Position numbers and translations under genes: made by a program. Of a DNA stretch of 64,000 nt, positions 56,797-64,000 are shown in pieces. The stretch is from assembly GCA_017889725.1 (NCBI GenBank), contig JAGGAE010000003.1, forward strand, positions 40,245-104,244. The letters run 5' to 3'. The notes beneath the pieces were generated by a model. That model was not told the DNA's origin. It saw nothing but the letters and a program-made list of their open reading frames with translations, and did no database searches. This DNA comes from Bacillota bacterium (GTDB taxonomy: Bacteria > Bacillota > Negativicutes > Sporomusales > CTSoil-080). Each line of letters starts with the position of its first letter. The first letter of the stretch is position 1.

Positions 56797-56844
56797 CAAT
56801 TAAAAAACGGACAAGTCGTCATGACTGTGTCCGTTTTTTAATTG
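56797..56844 (+). terminator. Intrinsic terminator after lysR paralog 2
   Basis: 17-nt inverted repeat caattaaaaaacggaca / tgtccgttttttaattg, with core CGGACA...TGTCCG followed by TTTTTT. Confidence 0.75.
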
Positions 56845-57146
56845 GGTCAAAAATAGTATTCATCACTTCAATAAGCCTTTAAATTAGATATTTTATATCG
56901 TTCTACCATAAACTTAAGTATTGTTTACACAGACTGGACCATTTCCCTAATTAATTAGTATTTTGAATAAATTACTATCAAAACTATTATCAAAAACCAG
57001 TATAATAAATAATTATCTAAAAGATATTCTACGCCATAGGAAATTAATGGTTTTTGCAGAATACACGTTAATAATTGGCGTAATGATAGTATGAACTATA
57101 TTCTAGATTACCAACGAAGCTGTCCCCATAGGAAGAGCAAAACCAT

Positions 57147-57587
57147 TTGAAGATAGGAGTTGATAGCATCAAATTATTAGATGAAATTCTACTCGTCGCT
57201 CCTTGCGGAATAAATTGCAGCATTTGCGCAGCATATTTGAGAGACAGAAATAAATGTCCCGGCTGTAGAGGAAATGACATTGGTAAACCTACTACTCGCG
57301 TTAAATGCCAACTTAAAACATGTGAAAATTTAATAAAAAATAATTTGGCCTTTTGTTTTGAATGTGAAAAATTTCCTTGTAATAATTTAAAACATTTAGA
57401 TAAAAGGTATTGCACCAAATACAATATGAGTTTAATCGCAAATCTCGAAAACATAAAAAAATCTGTTGACGATTTTCTTAGAGACGAAAAAATAAGATGG
57501 ACATGCGGCGATTGCGGCGGAACAATCTGTGTCCATAAAAGTAAGTGTTATATTTGCGGAAAAAAATACGAATTCAAAAAAGCATAA
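57147..57587 (+). CDS. DUF3795-family Cys-rich protein
   Basis: 146 aa with VAPCGINCSICAAYL...CPGCRG...CQLKTCE...CFECEKFPC...CGDCGG...CYICG. The only canonical in-frame start is TTG 57147. Confidence 0.65.
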   Translation: MKIGVDSIKLLDEILLVAPCGINCSICAAYLRDRNKCPGCRGNDIGKPTTRVKCQLKTCENLIKNNLAFCFECEKFPCNNLKHLDKRYCTKYNMSLIANLENIKKSVDDFLRDEKIRWTCGDCGGTICVHKSKCYICGKKYEFKKA

Positions 57588-57676
57588 TTACATTATATTG
57601 AAAATTAATAATTATTCGAATATTATTAATTAGTAGGCTTTTGTTATCAAAATTAACTTGGGTCGGAGGTAAAACT

Positions 57677-57997
57677 GTGAAAAAGTTTCTATTATCATTA
57701 GTATTGGGTTTATTTGCCGGTATTATTGATGTGATTCCAATGATAGCGCAAGGACTGGATTGGTATTCTAACATTTCAGCGTTTATACATTGGATAATAA
57801 TGGGTGTTATTATTGCTTATACAGTTTTTGATATAAAGGGTTGGTTAAAAGGTTTAATTGTAGCAGAGATATCTTCACTCCCTATTGCAATACTAGTTTT
57901 TCAGCACGATGCTAACGCTGTTATACCGATTTTTGTAATGTCTGCTATATTAGGAAGTTTAATTGGTTTTTTGAGTTCTAAATATGTCAAAGAGTGA
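57677..57997 (+). CDS. Small hydrophobic membrane protein (3-4 TM)
   Basis: 106 aa from GTG 57677, 7 nt after GGAGG. Confidence 0.55.
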   Translation: MKKFLLSLVLGLFAGIIDVIPMIAQGLDWYSNISAFIHWIIMGVIIAYTVFDIKGWLKGLIVAEISSLPIAILVFQHDANAVIPIFVMSAILGSLIGFLSSKYVKE

Positions 57998-58047
57998 TCT
58001 CTATATTAACTGCTTAACAGATCTATTACTCCAAAAAAGCCGTATAT

Positions 58048-58077
58048 AAAAACCGCCACTCATAGATGGCGGTTTTA
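58048..58077. terminator. Bidirectional terminator between convergent genes
   Basis: AAAACCGCCA-ctcataga-TGGCGGTTTT. Confidence 0.7.
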
Positions 58078-58100
58078 AAGCTATTACTTAGCTATCACTC

Positions 58101-58904
58101 TTACATTTTTTCAACAGGAAAATAAATATCAGTTACAAACTCATCTGCGGATTTTACTTGCATAGGACCCTTTATATATTGTTCGTAGGGAGCAGAAACA
58201 ACCCTATATCCGTTTTCACTGATCCATTCCATAAGTTTTGCATATACGTTTGAAAGATTGGAATAGGGACCCTTACATACCGCTGTAGCGCAAAGTCCTC
58301 CAGGTAGGACCTGTGTAAATTCATTTACTTCTGACACTGGGAGAGCAACCGCAGTATCATTATTAGTTGGATCAAACTCCTTATCGTAATACATTGCTAT
58401 AGGTCCTGCAATAATTTCCATGCCATTTGTATGGGCTATGCTAAATAATTTGCCAATGTATTTAGCATAATCATCTATACCCATACGTTGTCTACTGTAT
58501 AAAATATTCTGAGGCTTTGTGTCAACTAGCTTTACTTCAATATCGTTAATAAACGCCATAATATCGATACCTCTTTTCAAATTTGAAATATCACCCATTA
58601 TCCGGTTCTGAATATCTTCGTACTGTTTAATTTGAGTTTTAATGTACTCTTGCTTAATCAATATTTTTTCGAGGGTATAGTTTTTATCATTTATTGCTAT
58701 GATCTCCCTAATTTCCTCAAGGGAAAAATCATAACCTTTTAACCGCGTAATAAATAGCAACTGACGGATCTGGGCTACATCATAAAATCTATACCCATTT
58801 TCTTTGCTTATATGCTTGGGTTTAATAAGGCCAATATCGTCATAATGACGTAATGCCCTTGTGGTGACACCACATATTTTTGAGAATTCTCCTATCGAAA
58901 GCAA
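58101..58904 (-). CDS. MerR-family regulator with C-terminal GyrI-like effector domain (BmrR/TipA-like architecture)
   Basis: 267 aa with the HTH region LSIGEFSKICGVTTRALRHYDDIGLIKP...YRFYD, a coiled-coil linker, and an effector domain of about 150 aa. TTG start with GGAGGTG 4 nt upstream. Confidence 0.85.
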   Translation of the reverse strand: MLSIGEFSKICGVTTRALRHYDDIGLIKPKHISKENGYRFYDVAQIRQLLFITRLKGYDFSLEEIREIIAINDKNYTLEKILIKQEYIKTQIKQYEDIQNRIMGDISNLKRGIDIMAFINDIEVKLVDTKPQNILYSRQRMGIDDYAKYIGKLFSIAHTNGMEIIAGPIAMYYDKEFDPTNNDTAVALPVSEVNEFTQVLPGGLCATAVCKGPYSNLSNVYAKLMEWISENGYRVVSAPYEQYIKGPMQVKSADEFVTDIYFPVEKM

Positions 58905-58946
58905 TTTGCACCTCCATAATAATATTAGTTTGCAAACCCTGAGATA

Positions 58947-58977
58947 AGTATAAACGTTTACGTTACGTTAAAGTCAA
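58947..58977 (-). promoter_or_regulatory. MerR-type promoter with 19-bp spacer upstream of the merR-family gene
   Basis: Minus strand reads TTGACT (58972-58977)-TTAACGTAACGTAAACGTT (19 nt)-TATACT (58947-58952). The spacer holds three ACGT cores and the dyad AACGT-N7-ACGTT. Confidence 0.55.
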
Positions 58978-59007
58978 TAATTTTTCATACCTTTACCAAC
59001 ACCCGAT

Positions 59008-59042
59008 AGAAAAAATTTTCCAGCAAGCAAATTGCTTGCTGG
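59008..59042 (-). terminator. Hairpin terminator after the acyltransferase gene
   Basis: The palindrome CCAGCAAGCAA-a-TTGCTTGCTGG is followed on the minus-strand RNA by AAAAUUUUUUCU. Confidence 0.55.
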
Positions 59043-59054
59043 ATTTAGAGCAAA

Positions 59055-59849
59055 TTATAACCCATAACCGGTTTCAACTAGTTTTGCTAGTCGAGAAACA
59101 AATCTTGCGGCCGGAGCACCGTCAATGACATCATGATCGATCAAGATTGTCATATAAAGAAATTCGCGAATTTCAATTCGCTCTTTGAAAATTCCTGGTT
59201 TCTTTACGATAGATCCTAAAGCAAAACAAACGGGAAGCGGACTTACCGGTATTGCCCAGCCTCTCACCTTTCCCAATGTGCCTACTGATGTTATCACAGC
59301 GGTTCCCGCCATTATTTTCATTAAAAAAGGTTTTTTTAATATGATATGTTTCCATATAAATACTCTGATAAACTGTGGTAATGAAACGTATATTTTCATC
59401 GCCCATTTAAATTTGTTTTCACCTAAAAGATAATCTTTTTCACTCATAACTTCTTGATTTTTCGCTAATTTTATTTCATTATAAATATCTTCTATGGTTT
59501 TTTTATTTATTTTTCTTATTACAACAGGCAAAGGAACTCTTTCATTCATAACCTTTTTTTCAACGATAATGGATACATCAACATCATCAAAGATTACCAA
59601 TTTATTTTTACCCTTACGTATTGCATGAATATCTTTATATTCATTAATTGCTTGGCCAATACACTTAATCATCCAGGCATTAAATGATATATCTTTTTTT
59701 TGATAACGTAAATTCCTTATTGCTTTTCGAGCATGAGTAACATCTAATTCAATAAGTGCCTTAACATGATGCTTTCTCATTCCAATATATCCTGCATCAA
59801 AAGTCGACTGACGACTTGATGGAAATTCTTTAATTTCGTATTTTTCCAC
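59055..59849 (-). CDS. Stand-alone 2-oxoacid dehydrogenase E2-type acyltransferase catalytic domain (no lipoyl or subunit-binding domains)
   Basis: 264 aa. GTG start with AAAGAGGT 6 nt upstream. GTAVITSVGTLGKVRGWAIPVSPLPVCFALGSI and the catalytic DHDVIDGAPAARF. A hand-counted 60-nt sample gives about 27% G+C. Confidence 0.7.
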   Translation of the reverse strand: MEKYEIKEFPSSRQSTFDAGYIGMRKHHVKALIELDVTHARKAIRNLRYQKKDISFNAWMIKCIGQAINEYKDIHAIRKGKNKLVIFDDVDVSIIVEKKVMNERVPLPVVIRKINKKTIEDIYNEIKLAKNQEVMSEKDYLLGENKFKWAMKIYVSLPQFIRVFIWKHIILKKPFLMKIMAGTAVITSVGTLGKVRGWAIPVSPLPVCFALGSIVKKPGIFKERIEIREFLYMTILIDHDVIDGAPAARFVSRLAKLVETGYGL

Positions 59850-59984
59850 TTAATAACCTCTTTTTCTTGGGCACAAAGTAAGAAGAGCCAATCCTTAATG
59901 ATTTCTATAATCTGATAAAAGTTACATCATATTTCAAGATACCACGTTCATGGCACTTGCACAATCAAAAAATATATTACAACC

Positions 59985-60026
59985 TTTAAAAAAGGAAAGC
60001 CAGCAGCTTACATTGGTAACTGCTGG
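59985..60026 (-). terminator. Intrinsic terminator after yfcE-like gene
   Basis: Minus-strand RNA reads CCAGCAG-(13 nt)-CUGCUGG followed by CUUUCCUUUUUU. Confidence 0.7.
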
Positions 60027-60052
60027 ACATGATTAAGTAAGATTTCAGATAT

Positions 60053-60619
60053 CTATCCCATAACATCGGACAAGATTATTTCACCGGTATTAACTTCCAT
60101 TACAAACACCCTATTATCTTCGATTATTGCGAAAGTACCTTTTTTGTCTTCTCGTTTTGATAAGCCGCTGACCGGCGAACCTGGATTCAGCCAGATTATA
60201 CCTTCCTGCTTCTTTAAAGACGCCACATGAGTATGTCCGGTAATAAACAGAACTGCCTGCATACATCCGGCTGTCTGCCAAATTGCTTCCTCATCCAGTA
60301 AATGCCCGTGATTTATTACGATCCTTTTCCCCTCTATCATAACATACGCATAGGGAGACAGAATAGGTTGATTCAAAACCATGGCATCTACTTCTGCGTC
60401 ACAATTACCAGCGGCTGTCACCATCGGCACCGGGCATCCATTCAGCTCTTCAATCAGTGCCTTCGGATTGTATTCAGGCAATATAAGATTTCGCGGTCCG
60501 TGATACAGCACATCACCGGCGTGAAGTATAAGCGCAGCATCCTTAAAATAATTCTCATAAACCTTGCGCCAAGTTTCAACACAACCATGTGTGTCACTAA
60601 TAATGCCAATCTTCATCAT
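60053..60619 (-). CDS. Metallophosphoesterase, YfcE/MJ0936 family
   Basis: 188 aa with MKIGIISDTHG, HAGDV, GNCD and INHGH...ITGHTH. Confidence 0.85.
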   Translation of the reverse strand: MMKIGIISDTHGCVETWRKVYENYFKDAALILHAGDVLYHGPRNLILPEYNPKALIEELNGCPVPMVTAAGNCDAEVDAMVLNQPILSPYAYVMIEGKRIVINHGHLLDEEAIWQTAGCMQAVLFITGHTHVASLKKQEGIIWLNPGSPVSGLSKREDKKGTFAIIEDNRVFVMEVNTGEIILSDVMG

Positions 60620-60643
60620 ACGTACCTCCGAGAGTTTCTTTTG

Positions 60644-61105
60644 TTAAAACGCTTTTAACAAATTAGCCATTTCAATGGCTGAAACTGCAGCGTCAAAACC
60701 TTTGTTACCCGCTTTAGTACCGGCACGTTCTACGGCTTGCTCAATAGATTCCGTGGTAACTACTCCGAAAATTACCGGCAAACCACTGGCTAACGAAACT
60801 TGAGCCACTCCTTTTGACACTTCAGCACAAACGTAGTCAAAATGAGGCGTGCTTCCCCGGATAACTGCCCCAAGGCAAATAACCGCATCATACTTTTTGG
60901 AAGCCGCCATTTTTTGCGCCGCCAGAGGAATTTCATAGGCACCAGGAACCCAAGCCACTTCCACCTCCGCCTCATTTACACCATGACGCCGCAAAGCATC
61001 CTGCGCGCCTCCCAATAATTTGCTGGTAATAAATTCATTAAACCTTGCAACAACAATACCAAACTTTAATCCTTCTGCAACCAAATTACCTTCATATGTC
61101 TTCAT
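60644..61105 (-). CDS. ribH: 6,7-dimethyl-8-ribityllumazine synthase
   Basis: 153 aa with [20 protein letters not shown]...WVPGAYEIP...[14 protein letters not shown]. Confidence 0.96.
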   Translation of the reverse strand: MKTYEGNLVAEGLKFGIVVARFNEFITSKLLGGAQDALRRHGVNEAEVEVAWVPGAYEIPLAAQKMAASKKYDAVICLGAVIRGSTPHFDYVCAEVSKGVAQVSLASGLPVIFGVVTTESIEQAVERAGTKAGNKGFDAAVSAIEMANLLKAF

Positions 61106-61119
61106 TATTTAGCTCCTCC

Positions 61120-62316
61120 TTATTGCTTTAAAAGATGGCCTAACTTAGATTTTTTTACAGACAAATACCGTTGATTAAATTTATTTGCTTTCATCTCTAA
61201 AGGTACTCGTTCGGTAATATTCAAACCATAACCTTCTAAGCCCACTCGCTTGCGAGGATTATTCGTCAGGAGACGAATGCTTGAAAGTCCTAGATCAGCC
61301 AAAATCTGGGCCCCTATACCATAATCTCTCAGGTCAGGAGCAAAGCCTAACAACTCGTTGGCTTCCACAGTGTCCTTTCCCTCATCCTGCAGGGCATAGG
61401 CGCGGATTTTATTAGCCAGACCAATCCCCCGTCCTTCCTGGCGCATATATAAAAGAACACCCAATCCTTCTTCATCAATTCGCTTTAGGGCGCTTTCCAG
61501 TTGTTCACCGCAGTCGCAGCGCAGCGAACCTAATACATCACCGGTAAGACATTCCGAGTGTACACGGACAAGCACATTTTCTTTACCTTGCACATCGCCT
61601 TTGACGAGAGCTACATGGCACTGGTTATCCAATTCGCTTTCATAAGCGAATAGACGGAAATCGCCGTATTTAGTCGGCAAATTGGTTTGAGCCGCTCGGG
61701 CAACCGAACGTTCGGTGCGTTTACGAAACTTAATTAAATCTGCCACAGAAATAATCTTCAAACCGTGTTTCGCAGCAAATTCCACAAGCTGCGGCAGACG
61801 GGCCATTGTCCCGTCGTCATTCATTACTTCGCATATCACCCCGGCCGGATAAAGCCCAGCCATTTTAGCTAAATCCACCGAAGCCTCTGTATGTCCGGCC
61901 CGACGCAACACACCTCCCTCGCGATAACGAAGAGGAAAAATATGTCCCGGCCGCCGGATATCCTGCGGCTTTGTTTTCTCATTGAGCACGGCCTGGACGG
62001 TCTCAGACCGTTCATAGGCGGAAATACCGGTAGTAACATGTCCGGCATCAATCGAAACCGTAAACGCCGTTCCCATAGTATCGGTATTGCTGGCAACCAT
62101 TTGTTCTATCCCCAGTTCATCCAAGCGGCTGCCAATTACCGGCATACAGATTAAACCTCGCCCATAAGTAGCCATAAAGTTTATCGCTTCCGGCGTAGCC
62201 ATTTGGGCTGCCATTAATAAATCGCCTTCGTTTTCTCTGTCTTCATCATCAACGACAATAACCATTTTACCGGCTTTTATATCCTCGACAGCTTCTTCAA
62301 TCGTGTTAAGTTTCAT
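61120..62316 (-). CDS. ribBA: Bifunctional 3,4-dihydroxy-2-butanone-4-phosphate synthase / GTP cyclohydrolase II
   Basis: 398 aa with [13 protein letters not shown]...HTEASVDL and [23 protein letters not shown]. Confidence 0.96.
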   Translation of the reverse strand: MKLNTIEEAVEDIKAGKMVIVVDDEDRENEGDLLMAAQMATPEAINFMATYGRGLICMPVIGSRLDELGIEQMVASNTDTMGTAFTVSIDAGHVTTGISAYERSETVQAVLNEKTKPQDIRRPGHIFPLRYREGGVLRRAGHTEASVDLAKMAGLYPAGVICEVMNDDGTMARLPQLVEFAAKHGLKIISVADLIKFRKRTERSVARAAQTNLPTKYGDFRLFAYESELDNQCHVALVKGDVQGKENVLVRVHSECLTGDVLGSLRCDCGEQLESALKRIDEEGLGVLLYMRQEGRGIGLANKIRAYALQDEGKDTVEANELLGFAPDLRDYGIGAQILADLGLSSIRLLTNNPRKRVGLEGYGLNITERVPLEMKANKFNQRYLSVKKSKLGHLLKQ

Positions 62317-62334
62317 TTACATAGCCTCCCCCTA

Positions 62335-62991
62335 TCACATAAATCCATTATCCCGTAAAAAGTCCGCAGTAAGTGTTGCTTTAGTTTTCTCAATCGGCGC
62401 AGAACCCAAACGCATAAATTTTTCAATATATTTACCCACTATATCGGTTTCCAGATTTACCGGATCTCCAGTGGTCTTACTGCCTAATGTTGTGCCCGCC
62501 GCCGTATGGGGAATCAAAGAGACGCTGAACCAATCCTCGTCTAACTCAACCACGGTAAGACTAATCCCGTCAATAGCAATGGAACCTTTCTTGACAATGT
62601 AGCGCATCACATCAGTGTCAGCTTTGATCTTCACGATTACCGCAATATCGTTTTTTTCCTTTGCTTCAATGGTGCCAACACCATCGATATGACCGCTGAC
62701 GATATGTCCGCCAAAACGATCCCCAACAGCCAGTGTCCTCTCAAGATTGACAACATTTCCTGGTTTAAGTACCGCCAGTGCCGTACGGTCTACCGTCTCG
62801 GGCATGACATCAGCCGTAAACCAGGTATCTGAGTATGCCACAACCGTTAAACAGGTGCCATTTACCGCAATGCTGTCACCCAATTTTACATCATCAAGCA
62901 CTTTACAGGCGTTCACAGTGATTCGTACCGATTTTGCCCCTTTATTTATATCCTTAACATATCCCAATTCTTCCACAAGTCCGGTAAACAT
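62335..62991 (-). CDS. ribE: Riboflavin synthase alpha subunit
   Basis: 218 aa with MFTGLVEELG...GDSIAVNGTCLTV...GSIAIDGISLTV. Confidence 0.95.
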   Translation of the reverse strand: MFTGLVEELGYVKDINKGAKSVRITVNACKVLDDVKLGDSIAVNGTCLTVVAYSDTWFTADVMPETVDRTALAVLKPGNVVNLERTLAVGDRFGGHIVSGHIDGVGTIEAKEKNDIAVIVKIKADTDVMRYIVKKGSIAIDGISLTVVELDEDWFSVSLIPHTAAGTTLGSKTTGDPVNLETDIVGKYIEKFMRLGSAPIEKTKATLTADFLRDNGFM

Positions 62992-64000
62992 GTCGTCCCT
63001 CCCTTTCTTTCACATAGGCAGTGACTAAAATATCTTCCCCGCAGGCAGTAACCGACATATCTTCCAGCAAAACCGCTTCTTCAATGCGTTCCGGTCCCAT
63101 GCCGCCAACAGATCCGGGAGCCCCTTTTCCGCCGATAATCTTTGGAGCAATATAGGTATACACCTTATCGACAAGATTGGCATTTAACACGGAAGCATTA
63201 ATTTCCGCGCCGCCTTCAATCATCACACTGGTTATCGCTCTTTCTCCCAGTATTCGAAATAAGGCTCTTGCATCCACGCGATTTTCCTTTTGCGGCACAA
63301 CCAGCACTTCGGCTCCCTTTGCCTGTAAAGCCGCTATGTTGTCCCTGGGGGCCTGCTCGGTAACGGCTATCAGCGTTGGTGCCAATCCGTCACACATCAC
63401 CTGGGCATTTAGCGGTGTTCTGGCAAAACTGTCCACAATTACCCGTGTAGGATTTTTCCCGCCCTGCGGCAGACGAGTTGTTAGCGCCGGATTATCAGCT
63501 AGTACAGTACCAATCCCTACTAAAATGGCATCATATGTATCTCGTAGTTCATGAACACCCTGCCGCGCATTTTCTCCTGTTATCCATTTGGAATGTCCTG
63601 ACTGGGTCGCAATTTTCCCATCCAGTGTGGTAGCTGTTTTTAACACACCAAACGGCAGTCCGGTTGAAACCCACTTAATAAAAACTTCATTCAACCTAGC
63701 GGCTTCCTCGGCCATAATTCCTTCTACCACCTCAAGCCCTGCTTCCCGTAAAAGAACCAGCCCACGCCCCGCTACCAGTGGATTGGGGTCTGTCATAGCC
63801 ACGACCACTCGTTTTATCCCGGCTTCTATAACTGCCTTTGCACAAGGGCCAGTTCGTCCATAGTGCGAACATGGTTCTAACGTAACATAGAGAGTAGCGC
63901 CCGCTGCATTCTGGCCGGCTTCAGCCAGGGCATGAACTTCTGCATGAGGTGTACCCGCTTTTCGATGATACCCTTGGCCAACAATTTGACCATCCTTAAC
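62954..64000 (-). CDS. ribD: Riboflavin biosynthesis deaminase/reductase RibD, C-terminal 348 codons; the N-terminus lies beyond the right edge
   Basis: The frame is open from 64000: VKDGQIVGQGYHRKAGTPHAEVHALAEAGQNAAGATLYVTLEPCSHYGRTGPCAKAVIEAGIKRVVVAMTDPNP..., which is the deaminase zinc motif HAE...PCxxxxxxxPC followed by the reductase domain. The ORF track starts at an internal Met. Confidence 0.92.
   Translation of the reverse strand, partial: VKDGQIVGQGYHRKAGTPHAEVHALAEAGQNAAGATLYVTLEPCSHYGRTGPCAKAVIEAGIKRVVVAMTDPNPLVAGRGLVLLREAGLEVVEGIMAEEAARLNEVFIKWVSTGLPFGVLKTATTLDGKIATQSGHSKWITGENARQGVHELRDTYDAILVGIGTVLADNPALTTRLPQGGKNPTRVIVDSFARTPLNAQVMCDGLAPTLIAVTEQAPRDNIAALQAKGAEVLVVPQKENRVDARALFRILGERAITSVMIEGGAEINASVLNANLVDKVYTYIAPKIIGGKGAPGSVGGMGPERIEEAVLLEDMSVTACGEDILVTAYVKEREGRHVYRTCGRIGIC

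Noticed and set aside
57068-57454. 128-aa minus-strand ORF overlapping the DUF3795 gene
   Set aside because: The plus-strand frame has the regular Cys pattern of DUF3795. The antisense ORF has no SD or motifs.

Overview
The window is chromosomal and mostly housekeeping, from a Firmicutes-type anaerobe. Gene order and a Stn-like cluster suggest a Negativicutes/Sporomusaceae-like acetogen, but that is inference only. I recognise 67 protein-coding loci, 58 on the minus strand. I saw no rRNA, tRNA, CRISPR array or IS element. From left to right the content is as follows. (1) nth (edge-truncated and missed by the ORF track), a MoCF-domain protein, the UPF0210 plus ACT pair, and uracil permease. 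(2) The classic SRP and ribosome-maturation block: rbgA, lepB, rplS, a SPOUT paralog, trmD, rimM, ylqD, a KH protein, rpsP, ffh, ylxM, ftsY and smc. (3) pduL and an aminotransferase. (4) A three-gene cluster of NuoE-like, NuoF-like and a 2Fe2S-GltD-FeS-MopB fusion, resembling the Sporomusa-type Nfn (Stn) transhydrogenase. (5) A five-gene SAM by-product salvage operon: mtnP, mtnA, ahcY, a class II aldolase and mtaD. (6) A HAD phosphatase, surE, queE/queD, a processive GT2, pssA/psd, a tagA-like gene, PBP1A, a NodB deacetylase and guaB. (7) A solitary PglX/BREX-type DNA methyltransferase, fixCX, two unknown proteins, a TVP38 protein, recG and rpmB. (8) An hslO gene with an internal deletion and frameshift. 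(9) A decaying LysR-associated locus: MFS transporter, frameshifted gene, VOC protein, a 32-codon alcohol-dehydrogenase stub and two tandem LysR paralogs. (10) An AT-rich islet: DUF3795 protein, small membrane protein, a MerR/GyrI regulator with a 19-bp-spacer promoter, and an acyltransferase made of only the E2 catalytic domain. (11) yfcE and ribH-ribBA-ribE-ribD (edge-truncated). The ORF track reports longest ORFs with ATG/GTG/TTG starts. I re-set about 20 starts using Shine-Dalgarno spacing and N-terminal conservation, and roughly a quarter of genes appear to use GTG or TTG. I did not find a convincing, entirely new multi-gene system. The best leads are the orphan PglX-like methyltransferase, the Stn-like cluster, the mtaD-ahcY-aldolase salvage operon, the damaged hslO, and the AT-rich MerR/acyltransferase islet. 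All homology statements are by-eye motif recognition, not database searches.
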